A stretch of 64,000 nucleotides of DNA from a virus, in the IMG/VR virus record IMGVR_UViG_3300010167_000003. One strand, given 5' to 3'. Positions 61,948 through 64,000 of this stretch are shown in pieces; positions within the stretch are counted from its first letter, which is position 1, and each line of letters starts with the position of its first letter. A program made the translations under genes and the position numbers. The notes under the pieces were generated by a model that did not search any database, was not told the origin of the DNA, and was given only the letters and a program-made list of their open reading frames with translations.

Positions 61948-63835
61948 TTTTTACCCACCGGTCGGCTTCTGGACTGGACCAGCCGGACGCCTCTTGTGAA
62001 CTCTGGAAGCCCATACCGTAGAATGGGTACTCTACATAGCCACCCTCCCAGTCGCCGCCAACCCCTGGGGGCTGCGGGACGATAGGAGTGATGGCATTCA
62101 GGTCAAAGATAATCTCATTGGAACTACCCTCATTGGATATGGACCCACGATGTAGGAACCACTGTACGAGGGCGCGAACCACGACACGATAGACGGTCAT
62201 TTGAACCTTTGTTGAAAGGTTCACTTCATTAAAGGTGAAGTTAAGGAACTTGAGCTCATCAATCTGATGCAGGTCCATGAACGCCCTTATCGGATAGTGA
62301 TACGGTAGGGGCAGCAGGTCGAGCAGTATATTGGTATTCTTCACGATGGTAAGCACGTCAAAGTTGACGTAGAGAACCGCTGTAAGAGGATACGACGAGA
62401 AGACTACGTTAATAATCCGCTGTATAAGTTTCGGGTCAGCGTGAATCCAGGGGGTGCGTTTAATATGGTTTACCGCAGCCTGGACTGCTGGCCGCCGTGT
62501 GACGTCATTCATTTGGGCCTGGACCGCAAAGAATCGTGACGTATCATTCACAGCAGCGTTTACCGTGGACTGATACGCAAGATGGTTAAACGCTGCGGTA
62601 ACAAATGTTAGCGACTTGGCATTGAACTCTACACTCGCCGAAATTTGGGTGTAAGTCCTGGTTTCATAACCAAGTCCAATAAGAGCCGACGTGTACTGTT
62701 GAGTCTTTCCTATTGCATGACCAACAACACGCGCAACCTCCTGGACACCCTTGTTGATGTGGCCGAAAACCCTGGAGCGTTTCTCAACTATCCAATTCCA
62801 TCGGAGTTTGAAATCCAACAGGTTCAGTATCGGGCCGAGATATGGGGTGACGAGGTGCACCTTCATAAGTGCCTTCACCTCTAAGTAGCGCCGGTGCACC
62901 TCAACTTTTGTGAGGAAGGACTCACGATGCTCCTCACGAGTAATCACTTGCAGCTGAGTGGTTTCTGTAATCTCATGGGTTAAGGTGTCCACTTTCATCT
63001 GGGTGGTTTCGTTAAGCTCACGCTCACTAATTTCTGCTTTCATTTGCATGGTATTAAGCTGCTCGTGGGCCAAGGTATGAACCTGTGCCTGGATGGTTTC
63101 GGTCAGGGTTGGGCTCATTACGTTGGCCGACATTTGAATAGTCTCCAGCAGCTCTGGATTTATAACAGACAGCATAGTCTGGGCAAACTTGGCCTGCTCT
63201 CCTTCCATGACCGCTGCGTTCAGGAGCACTCGGTTCACATCAGGGGCCATAGTATGTACAAAGAGGTCAATTTGTTCCTGTTTCACAACTGTGTAGAAGC
63301 CTGTCAAGAAGGTAGCTGTCATTTCACCGCGCACTTCCCAGAATAATTTGTACTCCCACTCCGTCTCCAGGAGGTAGGCGAACAATGTAATCTCTCGGAC
63401 AGGTTCATTGATTATCAGGCCCGTAATGTATGCGTCGGCTACAGCATGAGGCAGCTGTGCCTGAACTGTGGCGTACCTCTCAACAGGTGTGAACTGAGCG
63501 AACACGTTGACAAACTGTGTTATTACGTTCCATACACGCACCAAGATGGGCCACTTGAGCGCCGTAGCCCAACCGGGCTCCCTTTCGGGGCTGAAGTTGA
63601 AACCGTAGATGGGAATAGCATCTCTCCGTATGGAGCCCATACTGTTGACGTGGACATTCACGACACCTACGTTGTCCGATCTGGAGGCAAACACATTTAT
63701 TTTGGAGGGCTCCGGGACAACCGTGCCTACCCAAATCGGAACCTTTGACTCCTCGTGATACTGTACAAATATCCAGCTCGGCACCCACACTACCTCCCCA
63801 TCAGGTCTGCAACCCATTTTATCAGGAAGCACCAA
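61901..63835 (-). CDS. 644-aa hypothetical protein with a 15-aa periodic repeat
   Basis: Long ORF. (E/N)T(I/T/M)Q recurs five times at 15-aa spacing. The start is ambiguous (GTG 63835 or ATG 63817) and has no clear RBS. Confidence 0.65.
   Translation of the reverse strand: MVLPDKMGCRPDGEVVWVPSWIFVQYHEESKVPIWVGTVVPEPSKINVFASRSDNVGVVNVHVNSMGSIRRDAIPIYGFNFSPEREPGWATALKWPILVRVWNVITQFVNVFAQFTPVERYATVQAQLPHAVADAYITGLIINEPVREITLFAYLLETEWEYKLFWEVRGEMTATFLTGFYTVVKQEQIDLFVHTMAPDVNRVLLNAAVMEGEQAKFAQTMLSVINPELLETIQMSANVMSPTLTETIQAQVHTLAHEQLNTMQMKAEISERELNETTQMKVDTLTHEITETTQLQVITREEHRESFLTKVEVHRRYLEVKALMKVHLVTPYLGPILNLLDFKLRWNWIVEKRSRVFGHINKGVQEVARVVGHAIGKTQQYTSALIGLGYETRTYTQISASVEFNAKSLTFVTAAFNHLAYQSTVNAAVNDTSRFFAVQAQMNDVTRRPAVQAAVNHIKRTPWIHADPKLIQRIINVVFSSYPLTAVLYVNFDVLTIVKNTNILLDLLPLPYHYPIRAFMDLHQIDELKFLNFTFNEVNLSTKVQMTVYRVVVRALVQWFLHRGSISNEGSSNEIIFDLNAITPIVPQPPGVGGDWEGGYVEYPFYGMGFQSSQEASGWSSPEADRWVKNATMFWNKAQDVFDE
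62950..63145 (-). repeat. five degenerate 45-bp coding repeats
   Basis: ETIQM / ETIQAQ / NTMQM / ETTQM / ETTQL codon blocks about 45 bp apart. Confidence 0.6.
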
Positions 63836-63839
63836 ATAC

Positions 63840-63868
63840 TTGACAAGAATAATAACCTGTGCTATCTT
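63840..63868 (+). promoter_or_regulatory. plus-strand promoter diverging from the minus-strand arm
   Basis: TTGACA (63840-63845), a 17-nt spacer, then TATCTT (63863-63868) with a TGC extension. Confidence 0.45.
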
Positions 63869-64000
63869 GATGTCATGCCTTCACTTCAGTGTCCGGGGTG
63901 ATTGCAAAACTTACAAACACGATGACGATGACGATAACACTAAGTTGAAAATAACGCTAACTTAAAACTGTTGAGCACCGTAGGGGTGGGGCCACACCCC

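Noticed and set aside
63983-64000. GGGGTG...CACCCC hairpin at the window edge
   Set aside because: It is truncated by the window boundary, so its context (terminator or otherwise) cannot be evaluated.
1-64000. Integration module or att sites that would mark a prophage boundary
   Set aside because: I recognised no integrase or recombinase motif, no flanking bacterial housekeeping genes and no tRNA. Lifestyle cannot be inferred from this window.

Overview
This window reads as a 64-kb piece of a large tailed dsDNA phage or prophage. The host is probably Gram-positive (Bacillota-like). That inference rests on strong AGGAGG-type ribosome-binding sites, operon-style ATGA/GTGA overlaps, and tail-fibre motifs of the 'KSAYELWL..G..GTL.DFLDSL' plus collagen G-X-Y type.

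Two convergent arms meet at a bidirectional hairpin terminator at about 20.56 kb.

(1) Plus-strand arm, 15-20550. It holds about 55 mostly small early and DNA-metabolism genes. The ones I can recognise:
- ThyX
- an ATP-dependent DNA ligase
- an HU-like protein
- a Dam-like adenine methyltransferase
- an ACP-like protein
- two Ig-like (He_PIG-type) proteins
- an array of six 18-bp iterons next to a promoter, followed by a tandemly duplicated two-gene cassette

(2) Minus-strand arm, 20572-63835. It holds very large virion, adhesin or fibre-type genes:
- a 2025-aa hub-like giant
- 1447-aa and 800-aa collagen-like fibres
- two beta-helix spike-like proteins
- a family of discoidin-like lectin modules
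- a Kelch-like propeller
- a glycine-rich protein
- three tandem paralogues
- an MT-A70 methyltransferase
- a seven-gene orphan operon of Cys/His-rich proteins
- a 744-aa protein with a metallothionein-like cysteine cluster

I could not recognise any capsid, portal, terminase, integrase, lysin, tRNA, CRISPR array or reverse transcriptase.

The most system-like oddities:
- A self-contained convergent pair at about 54.6-54.9 kb: a 40-aa peptide gene and a short opposing RNA sharing one terminator hairpin, laid out like a type I toxin-antitoxin.
- The orphan operon at 50.6-54.5 kb.
- The cysteine-cluster protein.
- The iteron plus duplicated Rep-like cassette.
- The unusually large, modular lectin and collagen fibre arsenal.

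All functional calls come from motif recognition by eye. No database search was possible, and most genes remain hypothetical.
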